Source: Chiloscyllium plagiosum
Lineage: Eukaryota
Assembly: GCF_004010195.1 (NCBI RefSeq)
Contig: NC_057728.1
Location: 46,241,081-46,305,080, forward strand
DNA: 64,000 bases
Direction: 5' to 3'
Shown in pieces: positions 25,151-38,424 of this stretch (position 1 is its first letter; each line of letters begins with the position of its first letter). The notes below the pieces were generated by a model that had not been told where the DNA came from, did not search any database, and saw nothing but the letters and a program-made list of their open reading frames with translations. The translations under genes were made by a program, and so were the position numbers.

Positions 25151-26169
25151 GCCAGAATTCTCACTCCGAGTGTGGCCATTGCGCGTTTTTAATTTCCAGT
25201 ACGATAGAAGTTGTGGTACAGCAGTGAGCACCCTTCAGCCAGCCTGAAAATGAGCCCCAAAACATTCAATCCCCTTCCTGGTAGTCCTTCCAATAAACCC
25301 CAGAGGCTTGACTCCCCAGGTCCCCACCTAAGTCATTGACATGAGCCTGCATTTGCGCACTTACCCATCCAGCCTTGGCATATGAAATGTGAAGTGTGGT
25401 CATACACTGTCCTGCTTGAAGCCAGGATGCTCCTGATGTCCCCTCCATTCCCATCCCTGGTTTACTATGTCACCCTTTGCAAATACTGTTGCCTCCCATT
25501 CACCTTTGTTATCTGCCCCTAACCCCCAGCCTGCAACCCCTAGTCTTGAAGAACAACTTGCCAAATCTCCTTACTTCAGCATCAGCTAAGTCCAAATAAA
25601 TGAAATGATTTTATCCCACTTGTAAACTGGACGATGTGACCCCTCTTTGAAAATTCTCTGGTTGATAGGTCTCCATCCAAGGTCAGTGTTGCTGTTGCAT
25701 CCTGTGCCTTTTCCTTATGAAAATTTCCTTTGTTTAAACATTCAAGAAATATATGAATGGATCCACATATTCTTTCAAAAAAACAAGATTTTGACCACAT
25801 TGTTTCATAAAAAATGCATCAATGTATGGTATTATTCCAAAGCTATTACCATAATTATATTAACCAGTCAATATTCCTAATTTTCAGTCGAGAGATAACA
25901 ATTATAATTTAATATAGATAAAAAGTAATACAAGTCGGCAAATGCAAATTCATTGACGTGTCCTTGACAATTGAGTTATCCATTATCTGATTTTTTTTAA
26001 AATGTTTTTTTTCAACTAACTTTGCCTAAATAGAATATTGTAAAGATTCATTACCTCAGCAACTGATGGAGCAGATATACTGGAGGACTGTCAAGTCACA
26101 GATACCCTTCAGCATCTTCTCCCTGAGGATTGGATCACTGCTATAAGTTTGAATATAATAAATCACTTA

Positions 26170-27000
26170 GATTTTGTGCCAATTCTGGAGGCAAATTGGG
26201 CTAGAAATTGGTCTTCTTCATTTTTGTGGGCTTAGGGAGAATTCACAATTTCTGAGTTGCCCACTATCCATTATCCCAGAAATATGCAGCACACAAATTT
26301 GGTACTGCCTTCTCATTTGCTTGATTGTAACATTTGTTCACACTGGGCCCAAGCTGCTGGCTGAGTGTGACGGCAGGGAGCTGAGCATCAAATCCTAATA
26401 ATAATGTTGCTTCCAGTCCACTCTCCTTAAAGGCAGGCTGTTTCTTTTAAAGAGGAAATGGTGATTGTTGTCACCATAAAGCTGGAACATTTGGGGAAAC
26501 AGCCAGCTCCTATGTTTTCACTGGCTGTGGCCTCATAGTGATGGGAACAAGGAAAGAAGCCATGAACTGTGGACGTCCACAAGATCCTCAAACATCATCC
26601 CTGGAAGGGATTGGGAACAAGGTCAATTCCCAAATTCTAGTTGCAAAGAATTGGCAACAATGCAAGAACCTGAAAGACCCCATACAGGTGGCCAAGTGAA
26701 TGCATCCTCACATGCATCCCCCACCCACCATAGGACTGACATGGCACACTGCTCAATGCACCACAGCTCCTTTATGCAGCTGCAGTCCCTCACACCTAAC
26801 CCCCAGGTGTTGTATCTTACCCCCACCCTCATTCTACTGAAGCAAGTCTCAAACCCAGCTCCAATTGTCTCAAAATATCTCCAACTATTCAATGGTGGCA
26901 GACACACAGACTCAAACAAGGCAACATATTTACTGACATTCAGCCCTTTTACATAGTATGCCCTAGAAGGGAGCAAAGCATTTCTGTTTGGGAGCAAAGA
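26170..27000 (+). mobile_element. Possible PIF/Harbinger remnant encoding a Myb/SANT-like motif
   Basis: 26601-26696 translates LEGIGNKVNSQILVAKNWQQCKNLKDPIQVAK, resembling trihelix W..IA..VN...RTW.QC.K..DL...K; boundaries unclear. Confidence 0.35.
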
Positions 27001-28440
27001 ACATGAGTCCTGTGGAGGGGATGCATATGGCATCAATCATGGCAGAGCCTGTGACAAATAGAATTACTGAGAACATTAAGAATGATAGTCCATCCACGCT
27101 TTCTCTCTTCTCAAATCTCAACTCATTCTCATCCCGCTTTTTGGCATGATGGGCTAACTGCAGGTGATAATGTAAAGATAACAATCAAACCCCTGCTTCC
27201 CTACCCTGACCATCCCCTCGTTTTTTTTTGTTGCCTTCAGACATTCACTCACAGCTATCACAGGAGGAGAAGAGATTCCATTTAGAAACAGGTTCAATCA
27301 TTTGATTAGTCATTGCCATTCACCAGCTGGGAAATTGCTGCTATAGGAAACTTACAGACAGGTTTGGCATTGGTTTGAAAGAATCTATATGCACGAGTCA
27401 TTAGCATGTATGGGCTGCATGCATAGTTTGTGTGCCAGTTTATCACAGGGCTCTGTTTCAGGGAACTCATCTGTAGACCTCAATGAGTGTAACATGTAGG
27501 GGAATGATACACTGAGATAATGAATGCATTGGCAGCCCTGTCAGACAGTTTCTTGTCACTGTCAAGGAGTTTGGGGAAGTCCAACTTGGCAGAAGGTCTT
27601 GCACTCTCTCCAGCCTCTGTTGCCTTGTGTTACTGCAAACCCAGATGTACTGCCATTACTACCCTCGGTATGACGCAGCCTTAGTCAGAACAAATCAGAA
27701 AGCCATGCAAGAGTGCAGCTGCTGTTCTCCTTGCCAAGTATAGCAACTCATCCCTGCTAAACCTCACAATAAGGGAAAATCAGCAGCTTTGCCATAGACA
27801 AAATTATTCTAAATTACCTCACCTGCAAATTGGTTTCTAACCTTTTCGATAAGACGAGGGCTGAGTCCCACTTGAAGATCGATGAACACATGTTCTTTGT
27901 TGACTGAACTTCTGCAGTCACAGTTTGCAAAGACGAGCGTTGAATCAATGGACAGGGATAAGTCACATTGTGACATCTCCAGTTTTCTGCAGCTTCCACC
28001 TCAGTTAGAAGCTGCCCGCACGCCTGGCTTTCCCAACACACAGCAAGGAACAAGCTGGAGGCACAGGCTAGCATACCCCCTCCCACCATTTCATCCTTGC
28101 CTTGGATCAGAATTTTCATTTTGCATTTCGCTCCAAGCTGATAATTAGGAAGCTTGACAGCAAAACTTTGAGATTGCTGACTTGTATGTTTTGCAAATTA
28201 TTTAAAATTGCCACTTTGAACATCGTTTCAAAGTTTAAACAATCTCTAAATGGATGTGAGGCTTAGAGGTAGTGTTCGGACATCTAAATTAAAAGGTGAG
28301 GAGTTTGATTCCCACTTCAACCCAGTGAAGGGAGATTAGAAAATAATGTCTAACTACTCATTTGATGTCCAGTAGCGAACTTAGGTTAGAACTGAGAGAC
28401 CCATCTTTCAATGGAAGCAGTCTTGTAACTGACCCAAAAG

Positions 28441-28620
28441 AAAAACAAAGAACTGAAGGTGCTGGAAGTCTGAAATTAAAAGAAAGAAAAAAATCGCTGG
28501 AGAAACTCAGCAGGTCTGGCAGAACTGAACTAGTTCTGAAGAATGGACACTGGATCCAAAATATTAATTCTGCTTTCTCTCTGCAGTTGCTTCTGCTTCA
28601 GAAAATTTCTGCTTTTGTTA
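28441..28620. mobile_element. Decayed inverted Penelope pLTR pair (family C-like)
   Basis: Minus arm GCTGGAGAAACTCAGCAGGTCTGGCAG, then plus AGTT-CTGAAGA-A...CAAAATATTAATTCTG. Confidence 0.7.
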
Positions 28621-29405
28621 CTGAGTCTAAAGTATTGGCTCTGAGTCCTAATTCAAACAGAAACTAAAAATGGGGATTGTACTACTGATCCTTGACTATC
28701 AGATCAATCTCCACCAGCGATACTTCTGACTGCTGGATGAAAGTAGTCCTGCTTCTCCCTGCCCTCTTGTAAAGGGCATGTTATTGTCTTGGCTGTAGGC
28801 ACTAAATGAATAGCACAAGGAAGTCAATGGGAAATCACCTTAGCTACTTTTCATGCATAAATCCATATGTAATTGACATGTGCAGAAATTACATAAATCC
28901 CAATAACTTGCCAATTGTTGTCACTGTCAGGCATATCCAGGTAAACTAAACGGTTGTTATGATGTTGTATACTACTTTACAAATCTAATTTTGTCCTTAG
29001 CACAGTACAGAACCGAAATATAATCATTAGGAAATGCATCATGAAATAGCTGGAAGGCTTGAAGTTAATGTTGAGAAAAAGAAGGATAGAGAAGCTTTGT
29101 TGCTGGATAAGAAGTTAAATTTAAACCCTATGGTTGATAACAGTGAGAAAAAATGAACCAGATCAGACACCACAAACATGCTGGGCACCCCAAGAGGCTT
29201 CTCTTCATCAATAATCTAATGTTAGGGTAAAACCCAATATCAGGATACAACCCAAAGTCAGGGTAAAACCCTATGTTGTACTTAACACGTGCCTCTAAAT
29301 ATTTGAAAGTAGCAAATTTATCGTGCCAGTTTTACCACCTTCCTCCTTAAAAACACAGTAGAATTTTTCTTCCAGGGCTTATAAAGAAACCTTAGACATC
29401 ATCTA

Positions 29406-29641
29406 TGTAGTGACTGTAACAAGATCAGTCAGCTGGACCTTATAGAATATGAGTTTTCTGCTTGGGACAGTTCATCTGGTTTGATCAGGGAGCCCTGGCT
29501 GACAAAGTAAAAGCGAGAGTGTCAAAGATACTGACAGTCTGGGCCCTGACTCTGAAGAGGCAGTGCTTAAGTCAAGGACTGTTCATGTGTAAACAAAGGG
29601 GGACTTGGCTATGGGATGCCAGCCTCTGTCGAGTTATTTCA
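29406..29641 (+). mobile_element. Gypsy solo LTR
   Basis: TG...CA termini, homologous to 23518-23742; flanks ATCTA/CTCTA (5-bp TSD, 1 mismatch). Confidence 0.88.
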
Positions 29642-32600
29642 CTCTATCCTAGGATTCCTCACAATACTACATCGGGCTCTCTTCCCAGGCCACAACATGT
29701 GTTCCTGTCACTACCTCGGGGACCCCAGCAGCAGCATCCTGTGCCTGACTATCACTGCACTGCTTTTCCATTGAGATTTAAAATCAAACCTCTTGAGTAA
29801 GATTTCGTAGAGCAGATGCATAATGTTCTGAAAACTCAATGATGCATTGTCTATTTTTCAGGCGGAAAATGGCCAGCTAAGCAATCAATAAAGCAGGTCA
29901 GGCATGCACACACATTACACACCTGAAGCACACTGCCTCCATATTGGTGAGATTAGAAATAGAGGTACCAAGAGCTGATATCTGAAACAGAACATGGGCA
30001 TATGCAAATTTGAAGCTGAATGCCTGTTTGAGGCTTTCCGCTTACACGGCTGAAATCAGTCTGCGTTAGGTCATTTGTATCTAACAAATGTTGATGTTCA
30101 CCCTTTATGTGTGCAAGTAAGTATAACCACATTAAACTGCACTAATTCAATATTGTTTCATCCCCACTTTAGTACCATTTTTCAATAGCAAGTAGCGTGA
30201 CAGAAGTAGTTTTGAAAATATTATTTCACATTCTAAAACTTCAGTGATTTATACAAACACACACTGTGGTGGTGGCTGTTACTCCACTGATTTTGTTTAA
30301 TATCTACACATTAGTTTTCTAATAATTCAATCCATAGTAATAATAATCCATTGAATTATTCATTACAGCTTTTATTACACTGCACATCTGTGTTGTGAAT
30401 ACTAATATAATGAAGTTTAAAATATAGAGGACTAGAAGCTCTGTTTCAATGGATTTAGAAAGATCACAGCTTTCTGGTTCTAAACGTGGGCTGTATCGAT
30501 ACAGAGAACATCAGGAAGCAGTTTACAACTGTTCCCATTTCCCAACATACAGTGAGTTTCACAAACTAGCAGCTTTATGTCAAAAAAAAATTATACTCTA
30601 TCACACAACCTATTGTATGTGACCCTGTCAAATGCCTTTTATAAATCATGCCGGTTAAGAGAAATGCCAGTTGTAACAATCAGAAACATTCCTTGCTCTG
30701 GGCTTCAACACTGCAGTCTAAAAGTTGAATGACCTTGCTGTATTCTTTGCCAGAATGTTTGCCACCTACCTCATTCCTTCAAGCTGTCAGGCTGTTTGCT
30801 CAAGATATTTTCAACTTTGCAGCTCAGCTGACACATCACTTATGAGCATGAATGTATCAGTGGATGTCTCGCTGAAATAGCTCAACCCAATCACAATCCA
30901 CCATGTGAAACATGCTGGTGTAAATTGGGTACTGTGCACTACTGCCTGTAAAAGCTCTGTGTTCTGATTAGGCTCAAGATTACATATTCTCTGCCTAGTT
31001 CACCACAGAGAGGTTCACAGCAATTCAAGAATTCTAAATAAAGTGACACATACTGTGGCACCTTGGATGGAATCTACTCCCCGAGGATGGCAGTTTAATG
31101 CTCCACTGCACAAGGAGCACTAACAGATGAACAGCAAAAACCCGAGATAAATTGTGGACAGCTATATTTGAGTGGTTCTGTTCCAGAGTTTCTTATCTGC
31201 AGACAACGAGCTTGTTTCACCTTCCTGGAGATAAAAGCAAATGGCAAGCTGCTTCACTGAGTTCCCATCAGGTGATTGCTGGCTTTCTTGATAAAGAATG
31301 AAAAAGACCCTTTATTATTTAAGTGAATATGACAAACAGCAAATCAAGCTGTAAAACTGTCTTCTGAAGCAGAATTCATCTGCCTATTATACAGCTAGCA
31401 AGCTGCTTTCTGCACGTTAAGATTCCTGACAGTGTTCTACTTTGTCTTGTGAGCAGTAATGAAATAATCATTGCTAATCCAAAGATGATACAGACACTTG
31501 AGAAAGCTTTTTAACGGGGTTATTTCTTTCAAAAGTCTTCTGACAAAATCATTGTCAAAAGAGAAGCATATCAGCAGTGCCAATTTCTTTTGTTTTTAAA
31601 TAATTAATGTATTGCCTATTAAAAATATTCTAACAAAGCATTTCTTGGGAACAAGTAGTAAAACACAATCAGAGGTGTCAATGAGTATCCACTCAATAAG
31701 GCAATGAAGTCTATTGTTCTTAATTTTCTAAGTCAATGCAACATTTGCTATTTGTTTGGTCTGAGATTTATTTAATAAATTGTTATGGTTTGAATTGTTT
31801 TTTACAAATGTAGGCATTATTTCTTGCCTGGTTCCTGCCTCACCATGGAATAATCTCAAATACTATGTCTGAAATAATTAAAAAATTACTGGATTAGAAG
31901 AACAAGCTAATACCTTAGGGAACAGAGTCCTGTACTTAGGAAGAAAACGCACAAATAAATGGCACTGGGCATTGACAGATCTTGGCTAGGTTGCTGTTTA
32001 TATCTTTGAGTGTGACCTTTCACAGACGACTGCTGAGACCACATTCCCCAAATCAGTTCCATTGTTGGCACATTTTATTCTTTAGAAAGAACCAAAGCTT
32101 TTTTAAAAATTTGAGTATGAGCCTTATCAACATCCTCTCTTATGTCCCCTATCGCCTATGTCTTAACCCGTTCACTGCCAGCACAAAAAATCAAAACTAT
32201 TACCGTCCAGTCGAATGAATTGCTGTAATTCCAGGTTTTAAATAAAAAGCTTTGCAAGGCTTTACTCATCCAAATGTAACAATGATGGCTGATATTTGAT
32301 TGTTACTGACTATCATTTTAACATAAAATAAAAGCAGATATGACTCAGTAAGATGAGGTCTGGAAAGGAATATAGCAAAGGAATCAACACAATCAAGAAT
32401 CAGTCCAGTACAGACTAAGGACAAAGTATGACCCATCTGTTAATTGTATGAATGTAATCTACTGTACTGTCTGGTAATTGAGACAAATCATCATTAGTCA
32501 GGAATTGTGACATTCTTGCTGTAAACCCAGGGCTCAATTCTTCTATTATGTTACTTTCTTTTTTCTGACTATTCAGCTCAATATGTGCAATGGCTAGCCA

Positions 32601-32857
32601 TACAATTTTCCTGACAAAGTGTCATCTAGTCAAGCTTTAAATGTAGAGTTAACAAACAACATGCAGCTGCTGTGGATTTGACAACTCAAATTACAAAATT
32701 ATAATGAAGACGAATAACACTGTAGTCAAGGCCACACACATTTCATTTTGAGGCGAAATTACAAACTGATGAAATGCTGTGCTGTTGCTAAGCAGCCATC
32801 AGCAGGTAGAGAAACAACTCTCCTCCATATTCTTCCTCGTATACTATTTTAAGACAA

Positions 32858-33055
32858 AGAGTCATATAGAGTCATAGAGTCATAGAGGCGTACAACACGG
32901 TCCAACCCGTCTATGCTGACCAGATAAACTAATCTAAACTTGGCACATATTTCTCCAAACCCTTCCTGTTCATATATCTATCCAGATGCCTTTTAAATGT
33001 TGCAGTTGTATTAGTCTCCACCATTTCCTCTGGCAGCCCATTCCACACACGCAAT
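32858..33055 (-). mobile_element. CR1 3' end fragment
   Basis: (AGAGTCAT)n tail repeat; matches 18186-18390. Confidence 0.85.
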
Positions 33056-33157
33056 ATCTAATCATATCCTGGAAAACTTTCAGCTATGCCATTTTAGGGT
33101 TCATAGACAATGTCAAGTATTATTGTGAGTTGAAAGCTTGTTTATTTTGAGTCACAA

Positions 33158-34560
33158 TCAACAACAATTTGCATTTATATAGTGTCTTTAGACTAGAAAA
33201 GAAAAAGTATTAAGGTCCTTCGCACTAAGTATCTGCCCAATAGTGGTTACAAAACCAAAGAACAAGGTGGTAAGTAAGGGGGAGAGATGCAACAAAAAGC
33301 TTGGTCAAAGAAATGGGTTTTCAGGATGATACGAGAGAAAACGTGAAGATAGGGCAACTCCAAAGGCACTTCTATATTTTCATATCTTGACAGCTGAAGG
33401 TATGACTGTCAATAGTGGGGCAAAGACAATGTGCTGCATGCAAGAGGCCAGAATTGGAGGAAGGCAGTGATCTGGGAGGGCTGCACAGAGGTAGGGATTT
33501 GCAATATCTAGAAATTTTAAAGACAAAGGTGAGGATTTCATAGAATCATCGAATCCCTACAACATGGAAGCAGGCCATTCAGCCCACCGAGTCCACACCT
33601 CCCCTCTGAAGAGCATTCCATCCAACCTCCCGTCCACCGCCCCTGGCTCCTATCCCTGTAACTCTGCTTTCTTTATGGCTAATCCACCTAGCCTGCTATG
33701 GGAAATTTAGCATGGTCAATCCATCTAACCTGCGCATCTTTGGACTGTAGGAGAAAACCCACGCAGACACCAGAGAATGTGTAAACTCCACACAGAAAAT
33801 CAACAGATGATGGAATTTAAAATGATGCATTCGTAGTCTGATGGCCAAAGGTATATCAGTGACCACAACAGTAATGGGTGAGTCAAACTTAGTGTGTAAT
33901 AAGATGCAAACAAGAGAGGATTTGAACAAGCTGCAGCTGACAATGGACATAAGATTGCAGGAAAGACAAGAAAGCAAAGGGAGAGTTGAATCTAGAAGTG
34001 ACTAAAGAATGGATAAGGGTTTCGCGTGTGTGAGGGATAAAAATGACTGATTTTTTTGTGAAACTGGAAGGAGATAGTCTTTGTGTAGGGTAAACAAGGG
34101 GTTGGGAATTATAGTCTGGAGTCAGGTATTCAGCAAAACTATGAACAATCTGATTCAGTCTAAGGCAGTGGTCCAAGACTGGAATGCGATTGATGGCACA
34201 TGAACTAACTATGAGAGGCTGGGTAAGGAAGTGGTTTTGACTGAGTGACTTATTAGAGGAAATTGCACTTCATCTTGGACTGACTGCTGAACAAACTGAA
34301 TTTCAATCCAGAACCAGCAAAGGGACAGGTATAGCTCGGTGAAAGCACTGTACACACCAAACATTTTGGATGATGTTACCCAGGGAAACATCTTAAGGAA
34401 GAGTAGGAGAGGACCAAGAATAGATCCTGGTGTCTCCAGGGGTAGTGGTATGGGACAGGATAAGCAGTCATTGCCTGGATAGTTGCTCTAACTGACTACA
34501 CTGTATGAAAGTCCACATGAATGTTTGAGTAGGATATAATGCATTGTGATCACAGAAGAC
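33158..34560 (-). mobile_element. Old L2-clade LINE (probably continuing at ~37350-37850 beyond the CR1)
   Basis: AACAACAATTTGCATTTATATAG 3' end; ORF 33889-34176 has ETLIHSLVTSRF (L2 ETLIHAFVTSRLD motif). Confidence 0.65.
33538..33797 (-). mobile_element. HE1-like SINE, 5'-truncated
   Basis: AATTTAGCATGGTCAATCCATCTAACCTGCGCATCTTTGGACTGT and CATAGAATC tail; matches 5270-5510. Confidence 0.85.
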
Positions 34561-35385
34561 GCCATTTATAAAGTCATAGAGTCCTGCAGCGTGGAGACAG
34601 GCCCTTTGGCCCAAACTGGTCCCTGCCAACCAAAATGTCCATCAAATGCTAACCCCATTTCCTTGCACTTCGCCTATATCCTTCCAAACCTTTCCTATCC
34701 ATATATTTGTCCAAATGCCTTTTAAATGTTATTAATGTACCCTCCTCAACCACTTCACTGGCAGCTCATTCCATATGCGTACCACCATCTGTGTAAAAAA
34801 AAAGTTGCCCTCCGGTTCGTTTTTATTCTTTCTCCTTTGACCTTAAACTGATGTCCTCTAGTCCTTGCTTCCCCAACCCTGGGCAAAAAAGATTGAGTGC
34901 ATCCACTCTATCCAAGCCGCTCGTGATCTTTTACCCTTCCATAAGATTTCCCCCTCAGTCTCCTACACTCTAAAGAAAAAAGTTCTAGCTTATCCAAATT
35001 CTCCTTCTCACTCAGATTGTAGAGTCCAGGCAACATCCTTGTAAATTTCTTCTGCACTCTTTCCAGTTTAATAACATCCTTCCCAAAGCAAGGTGCCAAA
35101 ACTGAACACAATACTGCATGTGAGGCCTCACCAGTATCCTATAACTGCAACATAACTTCCCAATTTTTGTATTCAATGCTCTGACTGATGAAGGCCAGTG
35201 TGCCAAAAGCCTTCTTCACTGCCCTGTCTACCTGTGACTTCACTATCAGAGAACCATGCACATGAACCCCAAGGCCCCTCTGTTCCACTACACTGCTTAA
35301 GGCCCTACAATTTGCCACGAAACTCCTACCTTGATTCGACTTTCCAAAATGCAAGACCTCACACTTATCTATATTAAACATCCTA

Positions 35386-35700
35386 GGGTGGCACGGTGGT
35401 GCAGTAGTTAGCACTGCTGCCTCACAGCACCAGGGTCCCAGGTTCGATTCCAGCCTCGGACGACTGTCTGTGTGGAGTTTGCACCTTCTCCCTGTGTCTG
35501 TGTGGGTTTCCTCCAGGTGCACTGGTTTCCTCCCACAGTCCAAAGATATGCAGGTCAGGTGAATTGGCCGTGCTAAATTGCCCATAGTGATAGGTGTATT
35601 AGTCAGAGGGAAATGGGTCTGGTTGGGTTACTCTTCGGAGAGTCGGTGTGGACTGGTTGGGCCGAAGGGCCTGTTTCCACATTGTAGGGAATTTAATCTA
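35386..35700 (+). mobile_element. HE1-like V-SINE, full length, nested in CR1
   Basis: GGGTGGCACGGTGG..CAGT.GTTAGC (A box), GGTTCGATTCC (B box), V domain, tail GGGCCGAAGGGCCTGTTTCC; short TAAAC repeat on both sides. Confidence 0.92.
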
Positions 35701-36045
35701 AACTCCATTTGTCATTTCTCAGTCCACTTCCCTGACTGATCAAGGTCTTGCTGCAATTTCTGATAACCTTCCTCACTGTCCATCATACCACCCATTTTAG
35801 TGTCATCTGCAAACTTACTATACATACTTTGTACCTTCTCTTCCAAATCATTGATATAGATAACAATCAACAATGGGCCCAGCACCAACCCCTGAGGTGC
35901 TCCACTAGTCACAGGCCTCCAGTTCAACAAGCAGCCTTCCATGACCCACTGCTTCCCACCATTAAGTCAGGTGTGTATCCAATTTGCCAGCTCCCCCTGG
36001 ATTCCATGCATTCTAACTTTCCAGAGCAGCCTACCTTATCAAAGG

Positions 36046-36182
36046 TAGGCTGCTCATTCCTGAAGAAGGGCTTATGCCCGAAACGTCGATTCTCCTGTTC
36101 CCTGGATGCTGCCTGACCTGCTGCGCTTTTCCAGCAACACATTTTCAGCTCTAATCTCCAGCATCTGCAGACCTCACTTTCT
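36046..36182 (+). mobile_element. 137-bp hammerhead-bearing Penelope-derived insert in the CR1 RT
   Basis: Direct repeat CCTACCTTATCAAAGG at 36030-36045 and 36183-36198 duplicates the CR1 FDKV codons. Confidence 0.92.
36056..36091 (+). ncRNA. Minimal type-I hammerhead ribozyme motif, intact core
   Basis: ATTC-CTGAAGA-A-GGGC(TTAT)GCCC-GAAACGTC-GATT; predicted cut after C36087. Confidence 0.8.
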
Positions 36183-38409
36183 CCTACCTTATCAAAGGCC
36201 TTGCTGAAATCCATATAGACTACACCTACCACCCTGCCCTTGTCAACCTTTCTGATCACTTCATCAAAGAATTCTAACAAATTTGTGAGGCATGATTTCG
36301 CACACACAAAGGCATGCTGACTACTCCTAATCAAACCCTGTTTTTCTAGATGCATGTATATCTTATCTCTCAGAATCTCCTCAAGCAACTTAACTATACC
36401 ACAGTTAGGCATACTGGTTTATAGTTCCAATGTGTTTCTTTGCAGCCCTTCTTGAATAAGAACACAATATTCACTACTCTCCAGTCTTCTGGGACTTCAC
36501 CTGTGGCTAACGATTTTGCAAAAATATCAGTTAGGGCCCCTGCAATTTCTTCTCTTGCCTCTTGTAGTATTCTTAGATATATCTGGTCAGGACCAGGAGA
36601 TTTATCAACCTTCATACATTCTAATACATCCAACACCTCCTCTATTGTGATATGGACTGTCTCCAAGATATCACCACTATGATCCCCAAGCCCCTGAGTC
36701 TTCATGTCTTTCTTCATGATAAACACAGAAGAAATATTCATTGAGGGCCTCACCCATCTCCTGCGGTTCTACATATAAATGTCCACTTTGGTCCTTGAGG
36801 TGTTCTATTCTTTTTCTAGTTATTCTTTTTCCTTTAATATACCTAAATAACCTCTTTGGATTCACCCTAATCTTCTCAGCCAAAGATACCTTGTGTCCCT
36901 TTTTCACCTTCCTGATTACCTTCTTCAGTAAACTCCTGTATCCCCTCTATAACTCCAAGAATTCCTTTGATCCCAGCTACCTGTATCTGAGCCATATCTC
37001 CTTCTTTTTTCTTGTCAAAGCCTCAATATCTCTTGTCATCCAGGGTTCCCAATTTCTGTCAACTTTGCCTTTCACGCTCACAGGAACATATCAACTTTGA
37101 ACTCTAGCTATCTCACTTTTAAAGGCCTACCATTTGCCAGAAGTACTTTTGCCTGCACACAAACTACTTCAGTCAACCCTTGAAAGCTCCTGTCTTATTC
37201 CATCAAAACTCACCTTACCCCAGTTCTGAACTTCAACCTGTGGACCAGTTTTGTCCCTCTCCATAACTATTTTAAAATTAATAGAACTATGGTCACTGGT
37301 CCCAAAGTGCTCCCCCATGCTCACCTCTGTCACTGCCCATTTAAGACCCATGTTAAAATAATTTTAGTGGAAATTTGATTGAAGAGTTTTCAACAAAACA
37401 ATGTATTTGACAGACAACAACACATTGACAGTAGAGAAAAGATAGGTCAGTGAGGTCAAACTATAAGGACAGTAAATTCATGGATGGGTCTTCTGAGGAG
37501 AAGGTTGATTGCCACAGTTGGGAAAGAGAAAGACAGAATGCCTGCGTTGAGATAACCTATTGGAATGTCAGCCAGCAAGGAGACTAGGAAAGAAAACTAT
37601 GTAGTCATTAGTTTAATGGGAATGGAGTCAAGAGAGGTGGTGGGCCCTGTGGAGATGATGAGGTTACAGAGGCATGGAGAACCTGGAGAATTATGTGAGT
37701 TTAAAGATACAGCAGTGAGAATCTTAAGAAAAATTTCAATAGGAGGTGAAGGGAAATGGAAAAATGTGATAGAAGGAGCTAGATACAGGGTTTCAGCCTT
37801 CATGACAAAAAGTCCAGGGATAAGGGATATCAAGGGGTGACTGTTGACATAGCAAATAAGCTAAGGATATCTTTTGCATTCAGCAAAAAACAAATGCAGG
37901 AATAGAAACAGAAAGCAAGGCAACAAAATGGCTCATGGAGTTAAGTCACAATTGTTGGTGAATGGCACAAAATTGCTTGGTAGATACATTGAAGTCTGCA
38001 TCCTTTGGTGTTGGGGACTTTCAGTAAAGAGTGTATCAGCGATATGACCAGGCTACAAGTAAGAAAGGACAACATAAAACGATAAGATGTTTAATTCACA
38101 CACTAATGAAGGATTTTTTTTTGCTTTATAAATTTTCAATTGACCAAAATGGTATGTGAATCAACTTAAGCAGTTGTTTTCTAAAGCCAATAAAAATGTA
38201 ATTAGAAACCAGAAAGTAGAAAATTAACCAACAAATAATATTGTTAATGAATAGAATCAGTCAGTCAATGGAGCATTAATAATTCCAAGAAACTGAAAAT
38301 TTGATAATACGCTTTGACTTCATCAAATTACGATAAACGTCTACCACATATTTCCCAATTTTCATAATTCTGTCGTTAATGTGAGCAATCATCACTGTTG
38401 ATCACTTAC

Positions 38410-38424
38410 TTATTTCTCCTTGAC
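38410..38424 (-). CDS. Candidate 15-nt frame-preserving microexon of an unidentified host gene
   Basis: Minus strand ttccttgcatactttatcccccctggttacttgcAG|GTCAAGGAGAAATAA|GTAAGTga, in a repeat-free neighbourhood. Confidence 0.3.
   Translation of the reverse strand, partial: VKEK

Larger units (their letters stand above)
34568..37345 (-). mobile_element. CR1 LINE ORF2 fragment with two nested insertions
   Basis: Minus ORFs: TSDHSSI (APE end), KSPGPDQI, WRVVNIVFLFKKG, YMDFSKAFDKV, GAPQGLVLGP, KFADDTK. Confidence 0.95.

Noticed and set aside
25150..25590. Possible further Penelope-type 3' end (AGTCTTGAAGAA)
   Set aside because: No stem II or GAAA and no recognisable peptide; too decayed to call
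29860..29900. Acceptor-like TTTTTCAG followed by a short open frame
   Set aside because: Stops in two frames, no good donor, no recognisable product
35386..35465. tRNA-like sequence with A and B boxes
   Set aside because: SINE head continuing into V domain and LINE tail; not a tRNA gene
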